A stretch of 64,000 nucleotides of DNA from an uncultured Candidatus Binatia bacterium (lineage in GTDB: Bacteria > Desulfobacterota > Binatia > UBA9968 > JAJDTQ01), in the NCBI GenBank assembly GCA_965242525.1, contig OZ251459.1:2720001-2784000 (forward strand), given 5' to 3'. A program made the position numbers and the translations under genes. This document shows positions 17,948-28,122 of the stretch, piece after piece (position 1 is the first letter of the stretch; every line of letters begins with the position of its first letter). Under the pieces are notes generated by a model that was given only the letters and a program-made list of their open reading frames with translations, was not told the DNA's origin and ran no database searches.

Positions 17948-19918
17948 ATGCTCAACGTACTCACCAGCCTGGTGGCGGTCCTGGCCCTCACGGTGGCCAC
18001 GGTCTTCGCCTTCCACAAGCTCAAGCTCCCCACGGTCATCGGTTTTCTCGCGGTGGGCGTGGTCATGGGGCCCCACGGCTTTGGCGTCATCGGCCACGGC
18101 GCCGAGATCGAGCTGCTGGCGGAGATCGGCATCGTGCTGCTGCTCTTTTCCATCGGCCTGGAGTTCTCCTTCGAACGGTTCCTCTCGGTGAGGACCCTGG
18201 TGCTCCTGGGCGGCTCGCTGCAGGTGGCCCTGACGGTGCTGGCGGTGATGGCCGCAGCCCTCCATTTCGGCTACCCGCCGCGCATCAGCTTCTTCTTCGG
18301 TTTGCTCGCGTCCCTCAGCAGCACCGCCATCGTGCTCAAGATCTACAGCGACCGCGAGGAGCTCTCGGCGCTCCACGGCCGGCTCGCCGTGGGCACGCTC
18401 CTGCTGCAGGACATCATCGCCGTGCCCATGATGCTGTCGGTGCCGGTGCTGGGCGAGACCGAGGCGTTCTCGCTCCAGGTGGTGGGCCTGACCCTGGGCA
18501 AGTCGGTGTTGGCCGTGGCCGTCATCTTCACCGCCTCCCGGTTCGTCGTGCCGTGGTTCCTGCACCAGGTGGCGCGGCTGCGGAACCAGGAGATCTTCGT
18601 CCTGTTCGTGCTGCTCATCTGCCTCGGGACCGCCTGGCTGGCCTACCAGTCGGGCATCTCCCTTGCATTGGGAGCGTTCGTGGCAGGCCTGCTGATCTCC
18701 GATTCGGACTACAACCACCAGGTGATCTCCGACGTGCTCCCGCTGAGGGACAGCTTCGCCGGCATCTTCTTCATCTCCATCGGGATGCAGGTGGACCTGG
18801 GTTTCGTGCGCGAAGAACTCTCCCTGGTCGGCGTCGCGTGGCTCTTGCTGGTGCTCATCAAGGGCGGCATCATCACCGTCGTCTTCTCGTTCCTCCAGCG
18901 TTCGTTCCGCCTGGGCCTCCTGCTGGGCATGGCTCTGGCCCAGGTGGGGGAGTTCTCGCTCATCCTGGCGCGCATGGGGGGCGCTTTCGACCTCCTTTCG
19001 CCGGACCAGGAGCAGGTCTTCCTCGCCACCGCGATCCTCAGCATGCTGGCGACGCCCCTGTTGATCCTCGGCGGCGGGCGGGTGGGGTTCGCCCTAGGCC
19101 GGGGCATGGCGGCCGAGAAGCCCCAGGCGGACTCCCTGTCCGGCCACGTCATCATCGTCGGTTACGGTCTCAACGGACGGAACCTGGCCCGGGTCCTCCG
19201 CGAGGTGGCCATCCCCTACCGGGTGCTGGACCTCAACCCCCAGGTGGCCCGGCAGGTCCGGTACGAGGGGGAGGAGATCGACTTCGGCGACGCCACGCGC
19301 CCTGCGGTCCTCGCGGGCATGGGCGCAGCCCGGGCCCGGGCTCTGGTGGTGGCCATCAGCGACGCCATGGCCACGTCCCGCATCGTCTCCCACGCGCGGC
19401 GGCTGAACCCCCGTTTGTACATCATCGTGCGGACGCGGTACGTGTCCGAGATCCCGCACCTGACCCGCCTGGGCGCCAACGAGGTCATACCGGAGGAGTT
19501 CGAGACCTCGGTGGAAATCTTCGCGCGGGTGCTGCAGGAATACCACGTGCCGCGCAACGTCATCACCCTGCAGGTGGAGATGGTGCGCCGGGAAGGCTAC
19601 GGCATGCTGCGCGGGCTCAGGCTGGAGGGCAAGAGCCTGGACCGGTTCAGCCGGTTCCTCACCGGCGCCGCCGCGGACACGTTCCTGGTGCAGGAGGACG
19701 CGCCGGGGGCTTCCTGCACCATCGGCGAGCTCAAGGACCACTTCCAGGGAAGGACCAGCGTGTTGGCGCTGGTCCGCGACGGCGCTTCGGTGGAGAGTCC
19801 GCCCATGGACTACCGGCTGCAGCCCCACGACATCCTGGTGCTGCTCGGAAGCCACGCGGACCTGGACCGGGCTGTGCAACTGCTCACCGCGCCCGTCCCG
19901 GACGGGGAGGAAGGGTAG
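17948..19918 (+). CDS. CPA2/Kef-type K+/H+ antiporter with TrkA-N and TrkA-C domains
   Basis: Many TM helices; LLFSIGLEFS, SLSSTAIV, LLQD, LAQVGEFS, GYGLNG, FGDAT. Confidence 0.9.
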   Translation: MLNVLTSLVAVLALTVATVFAFHKLKLPTVIGFLAVGVVMGPHGFGVIGHGAEIELLAEIGIVLLLFSIGLEFSFERFLSVRTLVLLGGSLQVALTVLAVMAAALHFGYPPRISFFFGLLASLSSTAIVLKIYSDREELSALHGRLAVGTLLLQDIIAVPMMLSVPVLGETEAFSLQVVGLTLGKSVLAVAVIFTASRFVVPWFLHQVARLRNQEIFVLFVLLICLGTAWLAYQSGISLALGAFVAGLLISDSDYNHQVISDVLPLRDSFAGIFFISIGMQVDLGFVREELSLVGVAWLLLVLIKGGIITVVFSFLQRSFRLGLLLGMALAQVGEFSLILARMGGAFDLLSPDQEQVFLATAILSMLATPLLILGGGRVGFALGRGMAAEKPQADSLSGHVIIVGYGLNGRNLARVLREVAIPYRVLDLNPQVARQVRYEGEEIDFGDATRPAVLAGMGAARARALVVAISDAMATSRIVSHARRLNPRLYIIVRTRYVSEIPHLTRLGANEVIPEEFETSVEIFARVLQEYHVPRNVITLQVEMVRREGYGMLRGLRLEGKSLDRFSRFLTGAAADTFLVQEDAPGASCTIGELKDHFQGRTSVLALVRDGASVESPPMDYRLQPHDILVLLGSHADLDRAVQLLTAPVPDGEEG

Positions 19919-19943
19919 CCCCGGCAAGGTCGGCCGCGGCCGG

Positions 19944-21638
19944 TCAGGGCACGGGGTCCACGGGATCGGAGAACCGCCCCGAACCCGCGAAGCGCAGGCT
20001 GAGGCCCACCACCGGCGCCAAGCCCGCGGCCACGATGAGGAGGGCCGCCGCGGCCGCCTGCTCGAAGGCCTCGTAGGACGCATATTCATAGACGTGGGTG
20101 GCCAGGGTGTCGAAGTTGAAGGGCCGCAGGATCAGCGTCATGGGCAACTCCTTCATGCCGTCCACGAAGACCAGCATGGCGCCGGTCAACAGGCTGCTCC
20201 GCAGCAGGGGAACGTGGATACGGGCCAGCACCCCTCCCGGACGGTGTCCCAGGGAGCGGGCCGCGGCGTCCATGTTGGGGGTGACCTTGGTCAGGCCGGC
20301 TTCCAGGGAGCCGAAGGACAGGGCCACGAACCGTACCGTGCAGGCGAAGACCAGGGCGCAGAGGGTGCCGCTGAAGACCAACCCGGTGGGTGCGCCGAAC
20401 CATGCGTCCATGAAGCCGTCGATGGCGTTGTCCAGTGCGGCCGCGGGGATCAGGACCCCCACGGCGAGCACGACCCCGGGCACGGTGTAGCCGATGCTGG
20501 CCAGGCGCGCCGTGGTCTTGACCAGGGGGGCGCCGGACAGGCGGGCGCCGTAGGCCAGGAAGAGGCCCGCGCACAGGCAGGCGAGGGCGGCCATGCCGGC
20601 CACCGCGATGCTGTTGCAGGCAAGGGCGAGGGTGCTGACGTCCGCGGCGGCGTCGGCGCCTGCCGCGGAGGCGGCCATGAGCGCGGCCGGAACGGCGAAC
20701 CCCAGGGTGACGGGGGCGGCGCAGGTCCCCAGGGCGAGGGCGCCCCGGGCGCCCCGGAGCCTTGCCAGGGCGCGGCGCCGGGGCGCGTGGCGGTCGGCCT
20801 GGTAGCGGCGCCGACCCCGGGCGGTCCTTTCCAGGGCGGCCAGCACCAGCACCAGCGCCAGCAGCATGGAAGCCAACTGCGCCGCCGCAGGAGCGTCGTT
20901 CATGCCGAACCAGACGCGATAGACCCCCACGGTCAGGGTCTGGACCGCGAAGTAGTCCACGGTCCCGAAGTCGTTCAGGGTCTCCATCAACGCCAACAGC
21001 ACGCCCACGGCAATGGCCGGCCGGGCCAGCGGCAGCGCCACCCGGGCGAAGCAGCTCCAGGTCCCGAGCCCGAGCCCCCGGGCGGCGTCCCACAGGCTCT
21101 GGGACTGCTCCACGAACGCCGACCGGGCCAGCAGATAGACGTAGGGGTAGAGGACCAGGGAGAGGAACGTCACGGCGCCGCCCAGGGAGCGGACCTCGGG
21201 AAACCAGTAGTCGCGGGGACCCTGCCAACCGAACAGTTGCCGCAAGCCCGTCTGCACCGGACCGGCGAACTCCAGCAGGTCCGTGTAGGTGTAGGCCGCG
21301 ATGTACGAGGGCATGGCCAACGGCAGCAGCAGCGCCCATTGCAGCACGGAACGGCCGGGGAACTCGAACATGGTGACCAGCCACGCGGTGCTCACGCCGA
21401 GGATCAGCACGCCGGCGCCCACGCCCAGGACGAGGCAGAGGGTCTGGCGCACGTAGTTGCCGAGGACCGTGGCGCCGAGGTGGGGCCAGGCGTCGCCGCT
21501 GCCCTCCATGGCGATTCCCAGCACCGCGAGGATGGGGCTGGTGAGCAGCAAGGCTAGGGCGAGGACGCCGACGGTCCAGCCGGTCACCCGCGGAAGCCGT
21601 GGGGCGGGGACGCGCCCCGCGGCGGGTCCCGGGGTCAC
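19944..21638 (-). CDS. Fe3+ ABC transporter permease (FbpB/FutB-like)
   Basis: PLAMPSYIAAY, YPYVYLLAR, METLNDFG, KELPMTLILRPFNFDTLAT; duplicated permease domains. Confidence 0.88.
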   Translation of the reverse strand: MTPGPAAGRVPAPRLPRVTGWTVGVLALALLLTSPILAVLGIAMEGSGDAWPHLGATVLGNYVRQTLCLVLGVGAGVLILGVSTAWLVTMFEFPGRSVLQWALLLPLAMPSYIAAYTYTDLLEFAGPVQTGLRQLFGWQGPRDYWFPEVRSLGGAVTFLSLVLYPYVYLLARSAFVEQSQSLWDAARGLGLGTWSCFARVALPLARPAIAVGVLLALMETLNDFGTVDYFAVQTLTVGVYRVWFGMNDAPAAAQLASMLLALVLVLAALERTARGRRRYQADRHAPRRRALARLRGARGALALGTCAAPVTLGFAVPAALMAASAAGADAAADVSTLALACNSIAVAGMAALACLCAGLFLAYGARLSGAPLVKTTARLASIGYTVPGVVLAVGVLIPAAALDNAIDGFMDAWFGAPTGLVFSGTLCALVFACTVRFVALSFGSLEAGLTKVTPNMDAAARSLGHRPGGVLARIHVPLLRSSLLTGAMLVFVDGMKELPMTLILRPFNFDTLATHVYEYASYEAFEQAAAAALLIVAAGLAPVVGLSLRFAGSGRFSDPVDPVP

Positions 21639-21829
21639 GGTTCCGTCACCGAAAGGGTCTGCGCGCGGCGCTGGATGGTGGTCATTGCAGTTTCGGCCGC
21701 GGGTATCGGGCGGTCGCGGCTCGCCGGCCGGACGAAGTCTTGCGCATCCTCCCGTGCGGCGGGACGGACCCTACGCTAACACAGGAAGTCGCAGTCCTCA
21801 AACCGCGAGTTTTCGGTAGCGGGAACTTT

Positions 21830-23815
21830 TCAGGAACCGCTGGCCGAAGACGGCTGCCTTGCCTCGCGGATGCGGGTCCTGTGGAGGGTTTCCCCGGCCG
21901 GGTCCGCGGCCCTGGGCCTTCCTTCCTGCCGGTCCAGGTAGGTGCCGCCGGCGAGGACCTCGGTGAGTATGCGTTCCAGCCGCAGGGCAGGCGGGGCCTC
22001 CGGAGTCGGGTCGGGTACGGCCGGGAGGACCCCGGGCGCATGTGCGCGCACCAGGCCGCCGTAGCCCCAGCGGGCCAGCATGTCGGCGCAGGTGTCGGGC
22101 TTGCGCACGTCCACGACCTCGACCGCGCCATCGCCGTCGGTTTCCACCGTGACCGCGGCCGGCCGGCCGAACAGGTTGTGGTCGCTGCTCAGGGCCTCCT
22201 GGTAGGCGCCCAGGAACAGGATGGCCAGGGTGTAGGAGTCCTCCCAGGGGAGGGCGTGGAGCTCGAAGGTGGACCGGGGCTCCTGGGGGTGGGAGAACTT
22301 GTTGATGACGCCGTCCGAGTCGCAGGTGAGGTCCGCCAGGATCGCCTTGATGGCAGGCTTTTCCTTGAGCCGGCAGGTGGGCATGATGGGGAACAGCATG
22401 TCGAGGATCCAACTGTCCGGCAACGACCGGAATATGGAGAAGTTGAACGCGTGCAAGCGTGCGGCGATACGTTCGAGGGCGGCCTTGTCCTCGCCGTCGA
22501 ACCGGCCGTGGCGCGAGAAGCGGCTGGCGAGTTCGACGATCCGGGAGAACGCGGACTCCGCCTGGGCCCGCTGTTGCAGGGAAAGGAAGCCCAGGGAGAA
22601 GGCCGAGAGCATCTCGTCCTTCTTCTGGTAGGCGTCGTGCAGGTACTCGCGCCAGTTCTTGCCGTTGATCTCCACCGCCATGTCGTCGAGCTCGTTGACC
22701 GCGTCCACGTTGGAGGCCCGGGTCCGGGGCCGGCCGGACTTGGGGGTCGCTTGCGGCTGCTCCAGCGGGTCCACGAGCAGGGCCACGTGGTGGGTCACCA
22801 GGAACCGGCCCGATTCGGTGATGATGCGCGGCTCCGCGATGCGGGCCCGGTCCAGCACCTCCTTGGTGGTGTAGATGATGTCGTTGGCGTATTCCTGGAC
22901 GTTGTAGTTCACGCTGGAGTCCGCGGAGCTGTTGCTGCCGTCGTAATCCACGCCGAGGCCCCCGCCCACGTCCAGCGTGTCCAGGGGCACCCCCATCTCC
23001 TTGAGCTCCACGTAGAAACGGAGCGCTTCCTGCAGCGCCTGCTTGAAGTTCCGGATGTTGGTGATCTGCGAGCCTAAGTGGAAGTGGAGGAGCCGGAGGC
23101 GGTCCAGGAGCTTGCATTCCTTCAGCAGCCGCGTGGCCTCCAGCAGGTCCGAGGCGGTGAGGCCGAACTTGGACAGGTCCCCCGAAGACTCCTCCCAGCG
23201 GCCCATGCCGCTGGCGTTGAGCTTGACCCGGGCGCCGAGCCGGGGGCACCGGAGCCCCTTGGCCCGCAGCTCGCTCACGAGCTCGTACTCCCTCGGCCGC
23301 TCGAACACGAGCACGGTGTCGTAGCCGGCTTCGCCGGCCGCCGCGGCCAGCTCCACGTAGGCGCGGTCCTTGTAGCCGTTGCAGAGGATCGGCGCCCGGC
23401 TGTCCCCGATCATGGACAGGGCGATGCAGAGCTCGGCCTTGGTGCCCACCTCCAGGCCGACGCCGTAGGGACGCCCGGTTTCGCAGATGCGCGACACCGT
23501 GGCCTTGCGGCTGTTGACCTTGAGCGGATAGACGCAGGTGTAGGACCCGCGGTAGTCGAAGGTTTCCGTCGCGGTCCGGAACGCCCGGTGGAGGGTTTCC
23601 ATCTGCCGGTCGATGAGTTGCGGAAAGCGCACCAGCACCGGCGGGCGCACGTCCCGTTGCTGCAACAGGGTCACGAGCTCGTGCAGGTCCACCCGGCTCC
23701 GCTTGGCGGGGTTCGTGACCACCTCCAGGTGGCCCGCGTGGTTGACGTTGACGAACCCCTCGCCCCAGGACCGCCATGCGAACGGGTCGCCGGCTCCCAA
23801 CGGCAGCTTCTTCAT
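21830..23815 (-). CDS. speA: Biosynthetic arginine decarboxylase
   Basis: YPLKVN (PLP Lys), GLEVGTKAEL, CNGYKD, HFHLGSQ, DVGGGLGVDYDG, TESGR, DLTCDSDG, GAYQE, HNLFG. Confidence 0.9.
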   Translation of the reverse strand: MKKLPLGAGDPFAWRSWGEGFVNVNHAGHLEVVTNPAKRSRVDLHELVTLLQQRDVRPPVLVRFPQLIDRQMETLHRAFRTATETFDYRGSYTCVYPLKVNSRKATVSRICETGRPYGVGLEVGTKAELCIALSMIGDSRAPILCNGYKDRAYVELAAAAGEAGYDTVLVFERPREYELVSELRAKGLRCPRLGARVKLNASGMGRWEESSGDLSKFGLTASDLLEATRLLKECKLLDRLRLLHFHLGSQITNIRNFKQALQEALRFYVELKEMGVPLDTLDVGGGLGVDYDGSNSSADSSVNYNVQEYANDIIYTTKEVLDRARIAEPRIITESGRFLVTHHVALLVDPLEQPQATPKSGRPRTRASNVDAVNELDDMAVEINGKNWREYLHDAYQKKDEMLSAFSLGFLSLQQRAQAESAFSRIVELASRFSRHGRFDGEDKAALERIAARLHAFNFSIFRSLPDSWILDMLFPIMPTCRLKEKPAIKAILADLTCDSDGVINKFSHPQEPRSTFELHALPWEDSYTLAILFLGAYQEALSSDHNLFGRPAAVTVETDGDGAVEVVDVRKPDTCADMLARWGYGGLVRAHAPGVLPAVPDPTPEAPPALRLERILTEVLAGGTYLDRQEGRPRAADPAGETLHRTRIREARQPSSASGS

Positions 23816-23972
23816 CTCGTTCGGCGCCTCCTCGTTTCCTGTCCTGCCGAATGCGTCGGCGATGCCGCGGCCATGCAGCCGTCCGGGGCGGGGGTCCCGT
23901 GCGGGTTCCCCGTCCGGTCCGGGCGCGTTCCGCCGCGGTTTCCGGGACCGCGCCCGGACCGCCGCGCCCGGC

Positions 23973-26084
23973 TCACCGCGCCAGGGACAACGGTGCGTCG
24001 GCCTCCGGCCGTTGCGTGTGAAGCTGGTTCAGGTAGGCGTAGATGGCTTCCTGGGCGCGCGTCCGTTGGCCGCCTGCCGCCGTCCGGTACCGGTTCTCCA
24101 GGTCCTTGTCCAGCACCCTCGCCTTGACGTCGTCGTTCCACAGTATGTCCAGCACGTCCCGGATCTGCTCCTTCAGGGACGGGTCGTAGATCGGGCAGGC
24201 CACCTCCACCCGGTGGTCCACGTTCCGCTCCATCCAGTCGCCGGAGGCGATATAGATTTTCTCGGCGCCGCCGTTGGCGAACGCCATGACCCGGGAGTGC
24301 TCGAGGAACCGGTCCAGGATGGCCGCGGCCTCGATGCGCTCGCTGAAATGCCTGACCCCCGGGACCAGCGAGAACATCCCCCGCACCATGAGTTTCACAT
24401 GGACTCCGGCTTCGCTCGCGTCGTAGAGCTTGCGGATGAGGCCCCGGTCCTCCAGGTTGTTGACCTTGAGCATGATGTAGGCGGGCAGGCCCTTGCGGGC
24501 GTTCTTGATCTCGGCGTCGATGAGCTTCGTGAGCCTGCGGCGCGTGTCGTAGGGGGACACCATCAGGTGCTTGAAGGCGGTCCGCCGGAAGTTGTTCTCC
24601 AGGAAGCCGAAGACCCGGCTGACTTCGCCGGTGATCCGTTCGTCGGCGGTGAACAGGCTGTCGTCCGTATAGACGCGCGCGGTGGTCTCGTTGAAGTTCC
24701 CGGTGCCCACGTGGGCGTACAGCAGGGTCTTCCGATGCGACACCCGGGTGATGAGTATCAGTTTCGCGTGCACTTTCAGGCCCGGCACGCCGTTGATGAC
24801 GCGGACCCCTTCTTCCTGCAGCCGTTCCGCCCAATAGACGTTCTCGGCCTCGTCGAACCGGGCCTGCAGCTCCATCACCACGGTCACCCGCTTGCCGTTG
24901 CGGCTGGCGTTGATGAGGGCGTTGACCACCTTCGAGTCGCGCGCCACCCGGTACAGCGTCATCTTGATGGAGCGCACCTTGGGGTCGATGGCCGCTTGGC
25001 GCAGGAACTCGATGAGGTAGTCGAAGGTCTGGTACGGGTAGTGCACCAGGATGTCCCGGCGCCGGACGGCCTTGAAGAAGGTCTTGGCCGCGTCGATGTC
25101 CTTGTGGGCCAGCGGCGGCAGCGGGGCCGCGGACAGCTTCTTCGAGCCGATGCGCGGGAACCCCATGAAGTCCTTGAAGTTGTGGTACCGCCCTCCGGGG
25201 ATGAACGGGCCGGACTCGGCGTCGAGGCCCATCTTGCGCTGCAACAGCTCCAGCAGGCGCCGGGGTATCCGGGTGTCGTAGATGAAACGGACCGGCGTCC
25301 CGGTCTTCCTCTGCTTGAGGCCCTTGGAGATCTTCCCCATGTAGCTCTCGTAGAGGTCGTCGTCGAGGTCGAGTTGCGCGTCCCGCGTCAACTTGATGGT
25401 GAAAGCCTCGAAGTGGTCGAAGGGGAAGATGGAAAAGATGTCCTTCAGGCAGTAACGGATGACGTCGTCCAGCAGGATCACGCACTCCCGGCCTTCCGCC
25501 CTGGGGAGTATGACGAACCGCGACAACACGTCGGTGGGTATCTCGATCAGCGCGTATTCCGACCGGCGGGAACGGGTGTTGGAGAGGCAGACGGCCAAGT
25601 AGATGGCCTGGTCCTTCAGTTGCGGGAACTCCGCCAAGTGGTTGATCATCAGGGGGATCAGCGTAGGCCGCAGCTTCTGCCGGTAGAACTCCTCGATGTA
25701 GCTCTCCTGCGCGGGGTCGAGCTCGTCCTCCCTGACGATGGAGACGCCGTTCTCCCGGAGCTCTTCCAGGATGTTCCGGTAGATGCTCTCGAACCGGGCC
25801 TGCTGTTCCAGGACGATCTCGTGGATCTCTTCCAGCACCGCGGCCGGGTCCTCGCCCATGAGGCGCCGGGCACCCGCGCCGAGCTGTTCCAGCCGCCGGA
25901 GGTGGGCCACCCGCACCCGGAAGAACTCGTCGAGGTTGGACGAGAAGATGCCGAGGAAGCTCAGCCGTTCCAGGATCGGCACCGACGGGTCCGACGCCTC
26001 CTGGAGCACGCGGCCGTTGAACGCGAGCCAACTGAGCTCCTTGTTCCGCAACGGCAGGGCGGATTTCTGTTTCTGCTTCGGCAT
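23973..26084 (-). CDS. ppk1: Polyphosphate kinase 1
   Basis: NKELSWLAFNGRVL, SSNLDEFFRVRVA, HYPY, IKMTLYR, ELQARFDE, KVHAK, GTGNFNE, RFLEHSR, DWMERN. Confidence 0.96.
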   Translation of the reverse strand: MPKQKQKSALPLRNKELSWLAFNGRVLQEASDPSVPILERLSFLGIFSSNLDEFFRVRVAHLRRLEQLGAGARRLMGEDPAAVLEEIHEIVLEQQARFESIYRNILEELRENGVSIVREDELDPAQESYIEEFYRQKLRPTLIPLMINHLAEFPQLKDQAIYLAVCLSNTRSRRSEYALIEIPTDVLSRFVILPRAEGRECVILLDDVIRYCLKDIFSIFPFDHFEAFTIKLTRDAQLDLDDDLYESYMGKISKGLKQRKTGTPVRFIYDTRIPRRLLELLQRKMGLDAESGPFIPGGRYHNFKDFMGFPRIGSKKLSAAPLPPLAHKDIDAAKTFFKAVRRRDILVHYPYQTFDYLIEFLRQAAIDPKVRSIKMTLYRVARDSKVVNALINASRNGKRVTVVMELQARFDEAENVYWAERLQEEGVRVINGVPGLKVHAKLILITRVSHRKTLLYAHVGTGNFNETTARVYTDDSLFTADERITGEVSRVFGFLENNFRRTAFKHLMVSPYDTRRRLTKLIDAEIKNARKGLPAYIMLKVNNLEDRGLIRKLYDASEAGVHVKLMVRGMFSLVPGVRHFSERIEAAAILDRFLEHSRVMAFANGGAEKIYIASGDWMERNVDHRVEVACPIYDPSLKEQIRDVLDILWNDDVKARVLDKDLENRYRTAAGGQRTRAQEAIYAYLNQLHTQRPEADAPLSLAR

Positions 26085-26272
26085 GGCGACGCAGCCGGAA
26101 GGATTACAATAAATCCGGCTGCGCTTCAAATCCACGCGCAGACGCGCGCGGCGGAGGGGCAGGTTCTTCACCGCGGCGTCCGGCCCGGGCGGTCGCACGC
26201 CCGGGCCGGACGCCGCGGCTTCGGAGTGGCGCCGGAGGCCGTCCCAGGCCCTGTGGAGGGCCGGTCCGTCCC

Positions 26273-26650
<378 letters not shown>

Positions 26651-27877
26651 CTACCAACTGTAACCGCGTTCCTCGTGTTGACTCAAATCCAGGCCCATCT
26701 GCTCTTCGTCGTCGGACACGCGGAGACCCATGGTGGCGTTGAGGATCCCGAGGATGGCCAGCGTGCCCACGAAAGAGAACACCGCGGTGGCGGCCACGCC
26801 CACGAACTGGATCCACAGTTGGCCGGGGTTGCCCAGGAAGAGGCCGTCCGCGCCGCCGGAGTTGACGAGCGTGGAGGCGAAGAGGCCGGTGGCCAGGGCG
26901 CCCCAGATCCCGCCGACCCCGTGCACCCCCACCACGTCCAGGGAGTCGTCATAGCCCAGCCGGGCCTTGAGGTTGCAGGCCGCATAGCACAGGAGTCCGC
27001 CGCCCGCGCCGATGACGATGGCGGACAGGGGGCTGACGAAGCCGGCCGCGGGCGTGATGGAGACCAGGCCGGCGACGGCGCCGGTGGCGGCTCCGAGCAG
27101 CGTGGGCTTGCCCCCGGTGGCCCATTCGGTGAACATCCAGGCCAGCGCCGCAGCCGCGGCCGCGGTGTGGGTGGTCACGAAGGCGATGGCCGCCAAGCCG
27201 TCCGCGGCAAGCGCGCTGCCGGCGTTGAACCCGAACCAGCCCACCCACAGGAGCGAGGCGCCGATGACGCTGAAGGGCAGGTTGTGGGGCATCATGGCGT
27301 CCCTGCCGTAGCCTCGCCGCGCGCCATAGACCAGGGCCGCGGCCAGCGCGGAAACCCCCGAGCTGATGTGCACCACGGTGCCGCCGGCGAAGTCCAGGGC
27401 CCCCATGCCCCCGATCCAGCCGCCGCCCCACACCCAGTGGGCGAGCGGGGAGTAGATGAGGGTGCTCCACAGGAGCGTGAACACGAGGAAGGTGCTGAAC
27501 TTCGCCCGCTCGGCGAACGCGCCCGTGATGAGCGCCGGCGTGATGATCGCGAACATCATCTGGAACACCATGAAGGCCAGATGGGGAACGCCTTCCACGT
27601 AGTCCGGGTTGGGCTCGGCGCCGACCCCGTCGAGGGCGAACCATTCCAGGTTGCCGACCAGGCCGCCCACGTCGGGGCCGAAAGCCAGGGTGTAGCCCCA
27701 CAGCACCCACTGGATGCTGATGACGCCCACCACGATGAAGCTCTGCATGATGGTCCCCAGCACGTTCTTGGTGCGGACCAGGCCGCCGTAGAACAGGAAC
27801 AGCCCCGGGATGGTCATCATCAGCACGAGAGCAGAACAGGTCAATATCCATGCGGTGTCACCGCTGTTGATCTCCAC
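26651..27877 (-). CDS. amtB: Ammonium transporter
   Basis: GDTAW, FYGGLVR, FQMMFA, DFAGGTVVH, GWFGFN, DDSLDV, HGVGG; GTG start at 27877. Confidence 0.95.
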   Translation of the reverse strand: MEINSGDTAWILTCSALVLMMTIPGLFLFYGGLVRTKNVLGTIMQSFIVVGVISIQWVLWGYTLAFGPDVGGLVGNLEWFALDGVGAEPNPDYVEGVPHLAFMVFQMMFAIITPALITGAFAERAKFSTFLVFTLLWSTLIYSPLAHWVWGGGWIGGMGALDFAGGTVVHISSGVSALAAALVYGARRGYGRDAMMPHNLPFSVIGASLLWVGWFGFNAGSALAADGLAAIAFVTTHTAAAAAALAWMFTEWATGGKPTLLGAATGAVAGLVSITPAAGFVSPLSAIVIGAGGGLLCYAACNLKARLGYDDSLDVVGVHGVGGIWGALATGLFASTLVNSGGADGLFLGNPGQLWIQFVGVAATAVFSFVGTLAILGILNATMGLRVSDDEEQMGLDLSQHEERGYSW

Positions 27878-27951
27878 TACCTTGTCCCCCGTTTCGTCGT
27901 GTTTTTTCCGTCCGTTGGAATCCGTCCGCGGGAATGGATGGACTTGAATGA

Positions 27952-27967
27952 AGCAAATCGAGTGCCA
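27952..27967 (-). promoter_or_regulatory. sigma54 (-24/-12) promoter of amtB-glnK
   Basis: Minus strand reads TGGCAC-TCGAT-TTGCT, a near-perfect TGGCAC-N5-TTGC consensus, ~75 nt before amtB. Confidence 0.85.
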
Positions 27968-28122
27968 ACGAACGATGACGGCAAGGGTGGCGACCGGGGG
28001 CCGGTACAGATGCTCTTTCAGGTGGAAGCGACAGCGGCGCCAACGGTCACCGCACGACCGCGGCTGCCCAGGGAACGGGCAGGTGCGTAAAGGACAGGCA
28101 GGCCGGGAGCGGGGAGGGAGCG

